DNA of 64,000 nt. It comes from a virus. Lineage: Duplodnaviria > Caudoviricetes. Shown piece by piece: positions 1 through 9,347 of the stretch. The stretch lies in IMG/VR virus record IMGVR_UViG_3300013830_000002, positions 32,001-96,000 of that record. The stretch is one strand, 5' to 3'. The position numbers and the translations under genes are program-made. Under the pieces are notes generated by a model. That model saw nothing but the letters and a program-made list of their open reading frames with translations. It ran no database searches and was not told the origin of the DNA. How positions within the stretch are numbered: the stretch's first letter is position 1; each line of letters starts with the position of its first letter.

Positions 1-471
1 TGTTATACAGTAGATTTTTTAAAGTTTTGGAAGCCTTATGAAGAAGATGATAAAGTATTAAAGGATATAAAAATTGGGCAACTATATCAGCATACTCCTA
101 CAGGAATAGTTAGGAGAGTATTCTATGTTGGTAAGAATTATGTAGCACTACAAAATAATTCTAATTATTCTCGGTGCCTTATAAAAGATTTTTTAAAGTT
201 CTGGAAGCCCTATTATAAAGTTTCTGATGCTTCTAATGATAAAGTAAATCACCCTTCTCATTATACATGGCTTAAAGATTTATGTGGTATTGAAGTAATT
301 GATATTACAAGACACATGGACTTTAATCTTGGCAATAGCATTAAGTATATTCTTCGTTCTGGACATAAGAAAGAAGAAGGATATACTGATAAACAAAAGA
401 CTATAGAAGACCTTAAGAAGGCTATATGGTATATTAATGATGAAATCAGTATGTTGCAAAAGGAGAATTAA
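1..471 (+). CDS. DUF3310-family protein (T7 gp1.7-like), 5'-truncated by window edge, with N-terminal repeat
   Basis: Frame 1 is open from base 1 to TAA at 469-471. Motif DKVNHPSHY..IEVIDITRHMDFNLGNSIKYILR..EDLKKAIWYI. DFLKFWKPY occurs twice upstream. Confidence 0.8.
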   Translation, partial: CYTVDFLKFWKPYEEDDKVLKDIKIGQLYQHTPTGIVRRVFYVGKNYVALQNNSNYSRCLIKDFLKFWKPYYKVSDASNDKVNHPSHYTWLKDLCGIEVIDITRHMDFNLGNSIKYILRSGHKKEEGYTDKQKTIEDLKKAIWYINDEISMLQKEN

Positions 472-649
472 CTATGAGAAAATGGATGATTTTCCTGATG
501 TGGGTTATGACCTAGAGAAAAATGTGTGGTTTGTACCAGAAGATATGATAAACAATAAATAAGCTAATAATGTAGGTACTATAGTTACTATAATCACTAT
601 TGCATCTATAGTAGCTATAGTATCTATCACTACTTTAAATTTACAAATC

Positions 650-937
650 ATGGAAGATGATATAAAGACTATTGCATCTGATGGAATTGATAAAACTACT
701 CGTAGAATCAATGCTATAAAGTTTATGTTAAAGGTTATACAAGATAGAGAGTATCATTTGCATTTCTGTCTTAATGGTAAAACTACTTTTACAGGAGAGG
801 CTGGAAGAGTTGAGCATGACTTATTGTGTAGTTGTAAAGAAGATATACTTAATAGACTAAGCAAAATGCTCAAGGAAGAGGAAACTAGACTTGATACCTA
901 CTATTACTTACTAGCAGCAGAAAATAAGAAAAAGTAA
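650..937 (+). CDS. hypothetical protein
   Basis: 95 aa ORF in a tightly packed + strand gene run. Confidence 0.6.
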   Translation: MEDDIKTIASDGIDKTTRRINAIKFMLKVIQDREYHLHFCLNGKTTFTGEAGRVEHDLLCSCKEDILNRLSKMLKEEETRLDTYYYLLAAENKKK

Positions 938-951
938 AGAAATTATAAATT

Positions 952-1407
952 ATGGAAGTAATAACAACAACAGTTTTTAAAGCTTTTGATGGAAAAATAT
1001 TCAAAAGCAAAGGAGAATGTGAAAAATATGAATTCTCAAAGAAAGAAATAGAAGAGAATATAAAATACTTTAAGGTTTACTATCAACCAGAATTAACAGA
1101 AACAGGCTACTTCCAAAGAATAATGTTTGTAGCAGTTTATAGTGAGTTTCATCATCTTGATATAGTAACTAATTACTGTATAAAGAAATTTGGGTACTTA
1201 GGTCCTTCAGTACAAGGTTATGGTTTTCAAAAGTATTTTGAAATAGATAATATAAAGAAAGAAGAATTTTTTGAAAAGCAAGTTTCTCCTTTTAACAAAG
1301 AAATTGTAGCTTCGAGATTTTTAATCTTATCTCCCAAAGAACTTGAAGATTACTTCCCAAAAGATTCAATATATTTTGATTATATGAAAGAATGGGGATT
1401 TAAGTAA
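952..1407 (+). CDS. hypothetical phage protein
   Basis: 151 aa; N-terminal FKAFDGKIFKSKGECEKYE motif typical of small phage proteins. Confidence 0.7.
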   Translation: MEVITTTVFKAFDGKIFKSKGECEKYEFSKKEIEENIKYFKVYYQPELTETGYFQRIMFVAVYSEFHHLDIVTNYCIKKFGYLGPSVQGYGFQKYFEIDNIKKEEFFEKQVSPFNKEIVASRFLILSPKELEDYFPKDSIYFDYMKEWGFK

Positions 1408-1444
1408 TATCATATTATACAAAAAACATTAAAGTAAATAAACT

Positions 1445-2305
1445 ATGAAGATAATTGAACCAAAGGTAGAACTCTTGAGTGAGATAGGCATCTCTCTAGA
1501 GTCTCATATAGCAAGATGCAGTAGAATTTGCTATGGACATGAGGATAAGGAACCTAATCAAGAGGCTGATGAAAAGATGGTAGATGGTCTTATTAAAAGA
1601 GGACATCTATCAATGCTTAGGCATGCAAGTATGTATATTAGTCACTTAGAGGATATTCCTCAATATTTTTTTGAGCATATTAGAAATTCAGATTACTGGA
1701 AGTATGATTTAAAATATGGATATGCTTCTACAAACCTTCAAGAGTTTATGCAACAAGAAGTTGAGAAGGAGCCAGTAACAGTTGAAAGCAATGAACATGT
1801 TTTAGAGGAATGTTCAAAGAATCCAGAGCTTTTTGAACTCTATAGAATGACTTTCTGTATTACTACGCAGATTTCTACTAGTAGAGAGCTTAATAGATGT
1901 AGTCCAAATGCAATTGCAGAAAGGAGTACCAGATATTGCTCTTCAAAGGATGGCTTACTGATATGCAGACCTTGGTGGCTCAAAAGCTCAAAAGAAGATA
2001 TTGTAGAGGAGTGCTGCCCACTTAATGATTGTTCATATTATGAAGCAATGTCAAACATTGAGTTAGCTTATAAAATCCTTATTCATGATGGCATGAAACC
2101 AGAGGATGCAAGAGGTATTCTACCATTAGATACTGCTACTAAGGTTATCTATACTTATAGTATAAGAGAATGGCAGCACATCTTAGACCTTAGACTATAT
2201 GATAAGACTGGCATAGCACATCCAAATGTTCATGTAGTTATGCAGATGGTTAAAGACCAGATTAATAACTTTGCTAAAGAACATAATATTGATTACCAAG
2301 TGTAA
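1445..2305 (+). CDS. thyX: FAD-dependent thymidylate synthase ThyX, divergent copy
   Basis: SRICY, GHLSMLRH, SRELNRCSPNAIAERSTRYC (RHR replaced by RCS), PEDARGILP, WQHILDLR..AHP. Confidence 0.85.
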   Translation: MKIIEPKVELLSEIGISLESHIARCSRICYGHEDKEPNQEADEKMVDGLIKRGHLSMLRHASMYISHLEDIPQYFFEHIRNSDYWKYDLKYGYASTNLQEFMQQEVEKEPVTVESNEHVLEECSKNPELFELYRMTFCITTQISTSRELNRCSPNAIAERSTRYCSSKDGLLICRPWWLKSSKEDIVEECCPLNDCSYYEAMSNIELAYKILIHDGMKPEDARGILPLDTATKVIYTYSIREWQHILDLRLYDKTGIAHPNVHVVMQMVKDQINNFAKEHNIDYQV

Positions 2306-2608
2306 ATAATAAAACTATGAAATACATATTATATATTATATTCTTATTAGGCTATATATTTTTTGCAATATCTATTTTTACAAGTAAGGATAGTGCAAGT
2401 AGTGATTTTGCAATGTTTGGATTATTAACTTCACTTTATTGTCCTTTTGCAATAGCTATATGTAAATTGTATAATATAGGTTAACATAGGTGAAGGAGAA
2501 TGATGAAAGATAGTGTAATGTGGAGTATTCTTGCTGTAATAGGGATAATTTGTTTCTATATAACAATAAAGCTATTCTTTGATGATAATGATTAAAGTTG
2601 AATAAGTT

Positions 2609-2926
2609 ATGAATCATTTCCAAATAACTCTTAGGGAGTATAAAGATGATGGATTCGTGGGTCATGTACAAATGGGTACTGATATAAAATATCCAAATGA
2701 TAAACGTGTATATATACGTGACCTGTATATAATTAAAGCCTTTAGACACAAGGGTTGGGGCACTAAATTGATGTGTAGACTTCTTGATACTTGTAAGAAA
2801 TTAGATATTCATCAAGTATATTTATGGTGCTTGCCAAAACTAATTTCTTTCTATAAAGATTTTGGAGCTGAAGATACACATCTAATCAGTAAGGGGTATC
2901 ATTTCATGAAGATAAAAATCAAATAA
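2609..2926 (+). CDS. GNAT-family acetyltransferase
   Basis: LYIIKAFRHKGWGTKLM acetyl-CoA motif A; FYKDFG. Confidence 0.8.
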   Translation: MNHFQITLREYKDDGFVGHVQMGTDIKYPNDKRVYIRDLYIIKAFRHKGWGTKLMCRLLDTCKKLDIHQVYLWCLPKLISFYKDFGAEDTHLISKGYHFMKIKIK

Positions 2927-2939
2927 ATATCAATAAGTT

Positions 2940-3353
2940 ATGAAAGATGAGCAAAAAGTCTACATTAGAGGTAATGCAAAGAGATATAAGGAGGTAATTA
3001 AAACTCTGACAGATTTAGGAGGTCACATTTCTTATTCTTTCTATGATGGAAAGAATGAGAATGTGTATTATTTTATAGGTCCTGATGGAGAGATAAGTAG
3101 TGTATCTAAAGAAGAAAGTACACTATATTCCTTTATTAAGGAGTTCTATAAGGAAATCACATTGTCAAAATTGAAGCCAAAGGTAGGCAGTGCATATTTC
3201 TGTATTAATACATTTGGAAAAGTAGTAGTAAAAGAATGGGAGGACTCAGAAGATGATAATTTACTCTATAAATTTGGTAACTGCTTTATCACTGATAATG
3301 AAGCTGAGAAAGTTAGAAGTAAAATCTTTAATATGCTAAATTATGAAAGATGA
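2940..3353 (+). CDS. hypothetical protein, tandem paralogue 1
   Basis: Shares MKDEQKVY..EVIK.L..LGG..KEFYKE..YKFGNCF with the next gene. Confidence 0.8.
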   Translation: MKDEQKVYIRGNAKRYKEVIKTLTDLGGHISYSFYDGKNENVYYFIGPDGEISSVSKEESTLYSFIKEFYKEITLSKLKPKVGSAYFCINTFGKVVVKEWEDSEDDNLLYKFGNCFITDNEAEKVRSKIFNMLNYER

Positions 3354-3747
3354 GCAAAAAGTATATCTTAAAGGAGACTCAGAAAGAGGTGATGAAGTTA
3401 TTAAAATCCTTGAAGGTTTAGGAGGTAATAACCCAGAATGCCATACAGGAAATCTTGAAGAGGCTCTATACTATATAAACCCAAGAGGCACAATAGTATG
3501 TGTATTTGAATATGATTACTCGGAATATTCATTAGTTAAGGAGTTTTATAAAGAAGTTAAGCTACCAAGATGGAAGCCAAAAAGTAATGAGTGCTATTAC
3601 TTTATTGAGGATAGAGGAAAGACAATACAAAGTATGTGGGCTAACACGAATACAGATAATTTACGTTATAAATTTGGTAACTGTTTTAGAACACCAAAAG
3701 AAGCAGAAACAGTAAGTAATAAAATTAAAGAAATACTAAATCAGTAA
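3343..3747 (+). CDS. hypothetical protein, tandem paralogue 2
   Basis: Collinear similarity to 2940..3353. Confidence 0.8.
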   Translation: MKDEQKVYLKGDSERGDEVIKILEGLGGNNPECHTGNLEEALYYINPRGTIVCVFEYDYSEYSLVKEFYKEVKLPRWKPKSNECYYFIEDRGKTIQSMWANTNTDNLRYKFGNCFRTPKEAETVSNKIKEILNQ

Positions 3748-3812
3748 GTATATCAGTATTAATATTCATTATCAGAATAATAGTAGGTTACATATTGCTT
3801 GCAATCTGCTAT

Positions 3813-3820
3813 TATCTTTG
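3813..3820 (+). promoter_or_regulatory. possible Bacteroidetes -7 element TATCTTTG
   Basis: Matches TAnnTTTG in an intergenic gap after a small hairpin; no clear -33 element. Confidence 0.3.
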
Positions 3821-3841
3821 GAACAAATTAATGGAATAACT

Positions 3842-4279
3842 ATGATTACACTAAAGTATTGGAACAGCCTGTCTACTGATTGTAGAAAAGCTATAGTTAG
3901 AATAATAAGCAATAATTCTGACCATGATAATGAGATAGTCCTACCCTACCATCATAGCTTTGACTATGATATTACAGGAAAGAAACTAAAGGCTTATCTC
4001 AGTAGGATATTCCTTACTAAGGATAAGAAGCTTAGGGTATTCACTGAGCTTTTGCCTACCTTTGCACCTTCAGAAAGAACTATTAAAAGAGTTCAGAAAA
4101 AGCAGGTAAAAAACAATTATCCTGTAATGCACAGATACTACTTTAGAATGTACACTGAAAGTGACCCTGAGGATGGAGAGACTGTATGGGAGGATGCCTA
4201 TAGTGAGTCTGAAGCTAGAAATATGGTATATGATGACTTTCATAGTATTGCTGAACTTGATTTAATAAAAGTAGTGTAA
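3842..4279 (+). CDS. hypothetical protein
   Basis: ORF track 3818..4279 starts at TTG; ATG at 3842 is the more likely start. Confidence 0.65.
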   Translation: MITLKYWNSLSTDCRKAIVRIISNNSDHDNEIVLPYHHSFDYDITGKKLKAYLSRIFLTKDKKLRVFTELLPTFAPSERTIKRVQKKQVKNNYPVMHRYYFRMYTESDPEDGETVWEDAYSESEARNMVYDDFHSIAELDLIKVV

Positions 4280-4319
4280 GTTTAGATTTATATGTTATAT
4301 CTCTTAATAAACATAATAT

Positions 4320-4517
4320 ATGGCAAAAAACTATAAAAACTATGCTGTGGGGGATAAGGTAATTATTCTTCACAGTCACATTGATGATATTGGTCAAACT
4401 GGTGTAATTACAGAGGTAAGGCATAGTTTCTGTAAGATAGAAATTGCTGGAAAGGAAAGAAACCATACCTACGGCCAATTCAAGAAAGTTTCAGATGAAA
4501 AAGTAACAGATAAATAA
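4320..4517 (+). CDS. small KOW/SH3-like protein
   Basis: VGDKVIIL...GQTGVITEV KOW-like pattern. Confidence 0.55.
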   Translation: MAKNYKNYAVGDKVIILHSHIDDIGQTGVITEVRHSFCKIEIAGKERNHTYGQFKKVSDEKVTDK

Positions 4518-4529
4518 TTTCTGCCAGAA

Positions 4530-5390
4530 ATGATAGAAAGTGGATATTATCCTCCAGATATAAATAGAATAGAGGGTGAAGAGTGGAAGCCTTGCCCTGA
4601 ATTTGAAACAAAGTATCTTGTAAGCAACAAAGGAAGAATCTATAGTTGCGGTACTTATAATACTTGTAAAAGAGGGCTTCTAAAGCTACATCAGAAGCAT
4701 GGGAGGAATGGATATATGCAAGCAAGATTCTACGATAATGGTAGAGCTAAGACTATAGAAATTCATAGACTTGTTGCATTAGCCTTTATTCCTAATCCAG
4801 ATAATCTTCCTATGATTAATCATATCAATGAAGATAAAACAGATAACAGAGTAGAAAATCTTGAGTGGTGTGATAATCGGTATAATATAAGATATAGTAA
4901 TGCAGTCCCTGTAGATGTGTATAAGGAAGATGGAACCTTTATAGAATCTATTTCTGCAATTACAGATGCTTCTATTAAGTATAATATACCTGTCTCTAAC
5001 ATAAGTAGATGTTGCAAACATAAGAATGGCTATACTAATCATTTACAGTTTAGATACAAGGGAGAACCTTTCTGTTCTAAGATTAGAATTAACAGAAAAT
5101 CTATAGAATATCATATTTATCATGGAATACATTCGAGAGAGTTCTACTTTCATAAGATACTTCAATATTCTCTACAGGGAAAATTTATAAAGGAGTTTCC
5201 ATCTGTTGCTGAAGCATATAAAGAGACTGGTGTAGCGAGGTCAAATATAAGAAAATGCTGCAAAGGAAATATTTGTACCTCTGGTGGATTTATATTTTTC
5301 TATAATACTCCTACAAGGGAAGAGCTGGATAAAAGAATAGAAAGAATTAATAGCAAAAGAAATAAGCTAAAGATAGAGAAATATGTATAA
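4530..5390 (+). CDS. free-standing NUMOD4-HNH-NUMOD1 homing endonuclease
   Basis: EEWKP..YLVSNKGRI (NUMOD4); IHRLVALAF..INHINEDKTDNRVENLEW (HNH); two NUMOD1 repeats. Confidence 0.92.
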   Translation: MIESGYYPPDINRIEGEEWKPCPEFETKYLVSNKGRIYSCGTYNTCKRGLLKLHQKHGRNGYMQARFYDNGRAKTIEIHRLVALAFIPNPDNLPMINHINEDKTDNRVENLEWCDNRYNIRYSNAVPVDVYKEDGTFIESISAITDASIKYNIPVSNISRCCKHKNGYTNHLQFRYKGEPFCSKIRINRKSIEYHIYHGIHSREFYFHKILQYSLQGKFIKEFPSVAEAYKETGVARSNIRKCCKGNICTSGGFIFFYNTPTREELDKRIERINSKRNKLKIEKYV

Positions 5391-5847
5391 TAACTATGAT
5401 TATCCAATGGGTGCTGATACTCCAGATGCCCTTTGGAACCAAGAAGACCCTCCTGAAGTAGAAGTAGATGTTACTGCTTCACATACTGTCAGCAGGGATA
5501 CAACAATAACTACTACAGATTATACAGATACTTTTGAAAATGGTTTTGAATGTGGTGATTTGAATGGTGATTATGAAAGTCAACATAAAGGACCTATTGA
5601 GCTTATTAATATTCTACAAGAAGAGTTACTTCCTGAGTATAATAAGCTAAAGGAGAAAATAACTTTCTTTAAGCATCTTCGTCATAAAAACATGATGGCA
5701 GAACCTGTTAATGGAAGTTATATAAATCCTAAGATAAAATCTGCAGAACCTACACAAAGAGAATATAGAAGATTTCATTATCTTGCTGGCATTCTTGAAG
5801 ATTGTAAAGGTTGGGTAGAAGATGAATCTGAAGTAGTAATGAATTAA
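5383..5847 (+). CDS. hypothetical crAss-like protein (YPxGA..PDA.WNQ N-terminus)
   Basis: 154 aa ORF overlapping the HNH stop. Confidence 0.7.
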   Translation: MYNNYDYPMGADTPDALWNQEDPPEVEVDVTASHTVSRDTTITTTDYTDTFENGFECGDLNGDYESQHKGPIELINILQEELLPEYNKLKEKITFFKHLRHKNMMAEPVNGSYINPKIKSAEPTQREYRRFHYLAGILEDCKGWVEDESEVVMN

Positions 5848-5851
5848 TTAG

Positions 5852-6082
5852 ATGAATTTACTAGGAATTATAGCATTCATAATAATGGCATTACTGCTGA
5901 TTTTCTTTATTTCAATATTTACAGTCAGAAAATGTCCAAGGTGTGGAGGTTCAATGTATTGTATTTATACTGAAAAGGGAGTAAGTGGCAGTACACTATT
6001 TTCAATTTGGAAATGTGACAGTTGCGGATATATTGAAACAATTCACACGATTAATACAGGTATAGGCAATGACAGACATTGA
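5852..6082 (+). CDS. membrane-anchored zinc-ribbon protein
   Basis: N-terminal TM helix, then CPRC...CDSC. Confidence 0.65.
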   Translation: MNLLGIIAFIIMALLLIFFISIFTVRKCPRCGGSMYCIYTEKGVSGSTLFSIWKCDSCGYIETIHTINTGIGNDRH

Positions 6083-6536
6083 ATATGATTTTTTATCTCC
6101 TGGAGACACTATTATAAATGAAGGCAGTATTTCGAGAAACCTGCCTGCTGAGTTGCAAATACCGAATCTTGTAGTATACATCAGAGATATTGATGGAAGT
6201 TTTGCTACTCTAGTATTTAATGGCAAATCCTATCAGAATATTCCAAGGCGGGAAATAACTGCCTGTTTTTCAATGGGAAGTTGCAAGAGATACAATGAAT
6301 CCCTGAAGTGGGAAGCCTACGATAAGGATAATTGGTACTTCAAGACGAAATTAGGGTACATCGAGATTTTAAAACATAAAGACTATTGGATTGCTTCATT
6401 TTCCAATATGTTTATAAACAAAAGTAATGACCTTGATGAGTTGAAAAGAGTTGCCATTGAGTGGGTAAAAGATAAAGCAGCTGAACTCATTACTGATATG
6501 AGGGTTGCACTTAATAATATTTTACAAACAAAATAA
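6069..6536 (+). CDS. hypothetical protein
   Basis: 155 aa ORF overlapping the upstream gene. Confidence 0.6.
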   Translation: MTDIEYDFLSPGDTIINEGSISRNLPAELQIPNLVVYIRDIDGSFATLVFNGKSYQNIPRREITACFSMGSCKRYNESLKWEAYDKDNWYFKTKLGYIEILKHKDYWIASFSNMFINKSNDLDELKRVAIEWVKDKAAELITDMRVALNNILQTK

Positions 6537-6539
6537 ATT

Positions 6540-6833
6540 ATGTTCTACATTAATCAAAAGAAAGTAAAGGAAGCAATGGAAAAGCTTCCTGATTTGAAGA
6601 AAACTGCAGAAATGATGTCAAGCCCTGATTATAAGGAAAGATTCAAGGCTGAATACTATCAGTTGTACATCAGATACTACAAACTTCTTTCGATGGTGCT
6701 TAGCTGGGATGCAGGAACTCTTCAATTTACACCTACATGCCCACGTTCAACTTATGACGAACAGCTAAAGTATATGGAAGGTTATATGAATGTACTTGAA
6801 GCAAGGGCAAAAATGGAGAATATAGACCTGTAA
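6540..6833 (+). CDS. crAss001_48-like helical protein
   Basis: YKERFKAEYYQL.IRY..L..M...WD.G.L.FTPTCP...QL..M..Y...LE.RA pattern. Confidence 0.7.
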   Translation: MFYINQKKVKEAMEKLPDLKKTAEMMSSPDYKERFKAEYYQLYIRYYKLLSMVLSWDAGTLQFTPTCPRSTYDEQLKYMEGYMNVLEARAKMENIDL

Positions 6834-6850
6834 ATATAAAAAAAGAAACA

Positions 6851-7528
6851 ATGTCAAATAAAGTATTTTTAGGAGGTACTTGTAATGGTTCAACATGGAG
6901 AGATGAACTTATTCAAATGCTGAAGATAGATTACTTTAATCCTGTTGTACCTGACTGGACTCCTGAATGTCAGCAGAAAGAAATTGCTGAAAAGCAAATA
7001 TGCAAGATTCATCTGTATGTAATTACTCCACAGCAGAAAGGTCTCTTCACTCCTGCAGAAATCATTGATTCTTCCCATAATAAACAAGTGCTTACTGTTG
7101 TAGGAATGATAGGTGATTTTGATGAAGCTATGAAACGTTCAGTAAAGGCTGTTTGTGACATGGCCAAAAAGAATGGAGCTATTATCTGTGGTAGTGTTAT
7201 TGGGATAGGATATGTACTTAATGCATTTAAGTATACAGATATTAAATTCCGTAACAGACTACTTAGTCTTGGATGGAAAGAAACTGTTCACATTCATACT
7301 GATGTGGTTTATATAAAGTATGAACATAAGAATCCTGATTTAGATTTGACTTTATCAGGCGGTGGAGACATTATGTATCTTAATGGTAAACTCTACTGTG
7401 GAACTCTTGGAAATATACCAATTCCTACTCCAAATGACCTTGATAATATTCTGTATAGTTTAGGCTATTTTGCATCAGGGGACAAGTATGTTATGAGAGA
7501 GAACTTTAAACAAATGTTATCTAACTGA
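6851..7528 (+). CDS. nucleoside 2-deoxyribosyltransferase-like protein with extra C-terminal domain
   Basis: KVFLGGTCNGSTWRDELI..IDYFNPVVPDWTPEC. Confidence 0.8.
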   Translation: MSNKVFLGGTCNGSTWRDELIQMLKIDYFNPVVPDWTPECQQKEIAEKQICKIHLYVITPQQKGLFTPAEIIDSSHNKQVLTVVGMIGDFDEAMKRSVKAVCDMAKKNGAIICGSVIGIGYVLNAFKYTDIKFRNRLLSLGWKETVHIHTDVVYIKYEHKNPDLDLTLSGGGDIMYLNGKLYCGTLGNIPIPTPNDLDNILYSLGYFASGDKYVMRENFKQMLSN

Positions 7529-8028
7529 TGAAAAAATACATTTTTATAGACCTTGATGGTACACTTATAAATACTGTTTCAGGCAAGACTTTTGCAGAGG
7601 ATGTCACTGACTTCAGAATCAGAAAAAATGTTCTTGACAAACTTAAGGAAATGAAACCTGAATTTATATTTATAGTCACCAACCAAGGAGGTATTCCTAA
7701 GTATACAACTGAAGGAGACTTCAGAGCCAAGCTTTCAGCAATAGCAAAGTTCACTGGATTATATACCCGTGTTCCTACTCAGGCAATGTATTGTGCCTCT
7801 ATGGATAAGGACAATCCATATAGGAAGCCTAACACAGGGATGCTTGAAACGTTGCTTAAAACCTATGTCAAGAAAGTTCCTGATTTCAAGGAGATGTTGA
7901 TGATAGGAGATGCTTCTAGCAAGGAAGGGCAATTCTCTGACAGTGACAAGAAAACGGCAGAAAACTTCAAGATTGATTATATCGACGTTAAAGATTTTCT
8001 GAAAGAAGAACCAAAAGATGAAGTATAA
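7528..8028 (+). CDS. HAD-family polynucleotide 3'-phosphatase (PNK3P-like)
   Basis: FIDLDGTLINTVSGKTF, VTNQGG, RKPNTGM, MIGDAS..FSDSDK. Confidence 0.88.
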   Translation: MKKYIFIDLDGTLINTVSGKTFAEDVTDFRIRKNVLDKLKEMKPEFIFIVTNQGGIPKYTTEGDFRAKLSAIAKFTGLYTRVPTQAMYCASMDKDNPYRKPNTGMLETLLKTYVKKVPDFKEMLMIGDASSKEGQFSDSDKKTAENFKIDYIDVKDFLKEEPKDEV

Positions 8029-8078
8029 ATATGATATGCAATTTTATAAATTAACATGGTTATTTAAAGGAATGCAAT

Positions 8079-8267
8079 ATGGAAACAACAAATAAGTCAC
8101 ATAGAAACAATATATTCTGGATATTTGCTATGGTAGTGGTAGTTGCTTTTGCCTCTGTAAAAATAGCAGAAATCAAGTCTGGTGAAGATACCGGAATTCA
8201 ATATCAGCAGATATACCAGAAGCTCAACACTATTGAAAATAAAATTGACACTTTAAGATTTGACTGA
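8079..8267 (+). CDS. small membrane protein
   Basis: TM helix followed by a short coiled coil. Confidence 0.55.
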   Translation: METTNKSHRNNIFWIFAMVVVVAFASVKIAEIKSGEDTGIQYQQIYQKLNTIENKIDTLRFD

Positions 8268-8275
8268 TTAATAAC

Positions 8276-8578
8276 ATGAAGAAACTAGTATTGATAATTG
8301 TATTTACAATTCTATTATCTGCAGTTTTTATAGGTGCTATATTATATGTGGACTATAAAATCAAGGACAAGGGAAATACATATCTTATAGAATATGCAGT
8401 TTATTACCCTGATGGGCCACAAGTATTCAGTGATTATTCAAAAGGGAAAATAGACTATTACAGTGAAAGAGGTTCCAATAAACTGCTCTATATAGGCAAG
8501 AAATCAGGTGATTTGGAAGGAATTTCCACAACTTGCCCTGTAAAGATAATCAAATACAGGAAAATAACAAATAATTAA
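8276..8578 (+). CDS. membrane-anchored or secreted protein
   Basis: MKK plus hydrophobic N-terminus. Confidence 0.6.
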   Translation: MKKLVLIIVFTILLSAVFIGAILYVDYKIKDKGNTYLIEYAVYYPDGPQVFSDYSKGKIDYYSERGSNKLLYIGKKSGDLEGISTTCPVKIIKYRKITNN

Positions 8579-8586
8579 ATGCTGAT

Positions 8587-8700
8587 ATGACATTTGCAGA
8601 AGCAATTAAAGCTGTCTATGAAAGCAAAAAAGTAGTCCTCCCAGAATGAAAGGGCTACTGGTTTTTAGGTAAAGAAAGGATTGGAAAACAATTTAACTAA
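8587..8700 (+). pseudogene. truncated DUF2829-like fragment with in-frame TGA at a probable Trp position
   Basis: MTFAEAIKAVYESKKVVLPE*KGYWFLG; TGA at 8647-8649; only 37 codons. Confidence 0.45.
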
Positions 8701-8718
8701 TAAAAAAAAATAACGATT

Positions 8719-9222
8719 ATGAAAAAGTTTTTGATTTTAATGATGTGCTTATTGTCACTTACATTCATGACTTCTTGTAAAGAGCATTTTTCTGATGGTG
8801 AAAGAGTTGGTACAGTGGTAAAATTCTCTAAAGCAGGAGTTATCTGGGATTCATGGGATGGCGATTTAAATCTTACTGCCACAGGAATGAACACGTCAGG
8901 AGAGCCATTTGCATTCTCTTTTGATAATGATAGAAATGACCAGGACTCACTGATTAATCTGTTGGTTGATGCTCAGAGATATGGCTGGAAAGTAAAAATT
9001 ATCTATCATCAGGTTTGAGGATTGAAAAATATCTGCAAGAATCGTGGTGAAAGTGATTACTTTGTTGATGATGTTGAAGTGCTTGACAAGAACTTTGCCA
9101 AACCTCTTGGTGGAATAAGTTCTAAGTCAGAACCTGTCACAAAAGGAAGAGTTGTTGATACTGTTTGGGTAGTTATTGATAAAAGCCAGCTCCCTAAAAA
9201 AGGTAATCATGAATGCAAATGA
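8719..9222 (+). CDS. lipoprotein interrupted by one in-frame TGA (9016-9018)
   Basis: Signal peptide with lipobox FMTSC. ORFs 8719..9018 and 9022..9222 are in the same frame: IIYHQV*GLKNICKNRGESDYFV. Confidence 0.65.
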
Positions 9223-9347
9223 TAATATCCTTGATTTAAGAAGGCCCCTTGAGACAAATGACCCTAATTTAATTAGAGCTACTATAATTGTAGACAAGTG
9301 GGCAAACAGATATTTCAGATACTGCTAAGATTTTTAACAAAAATAAC

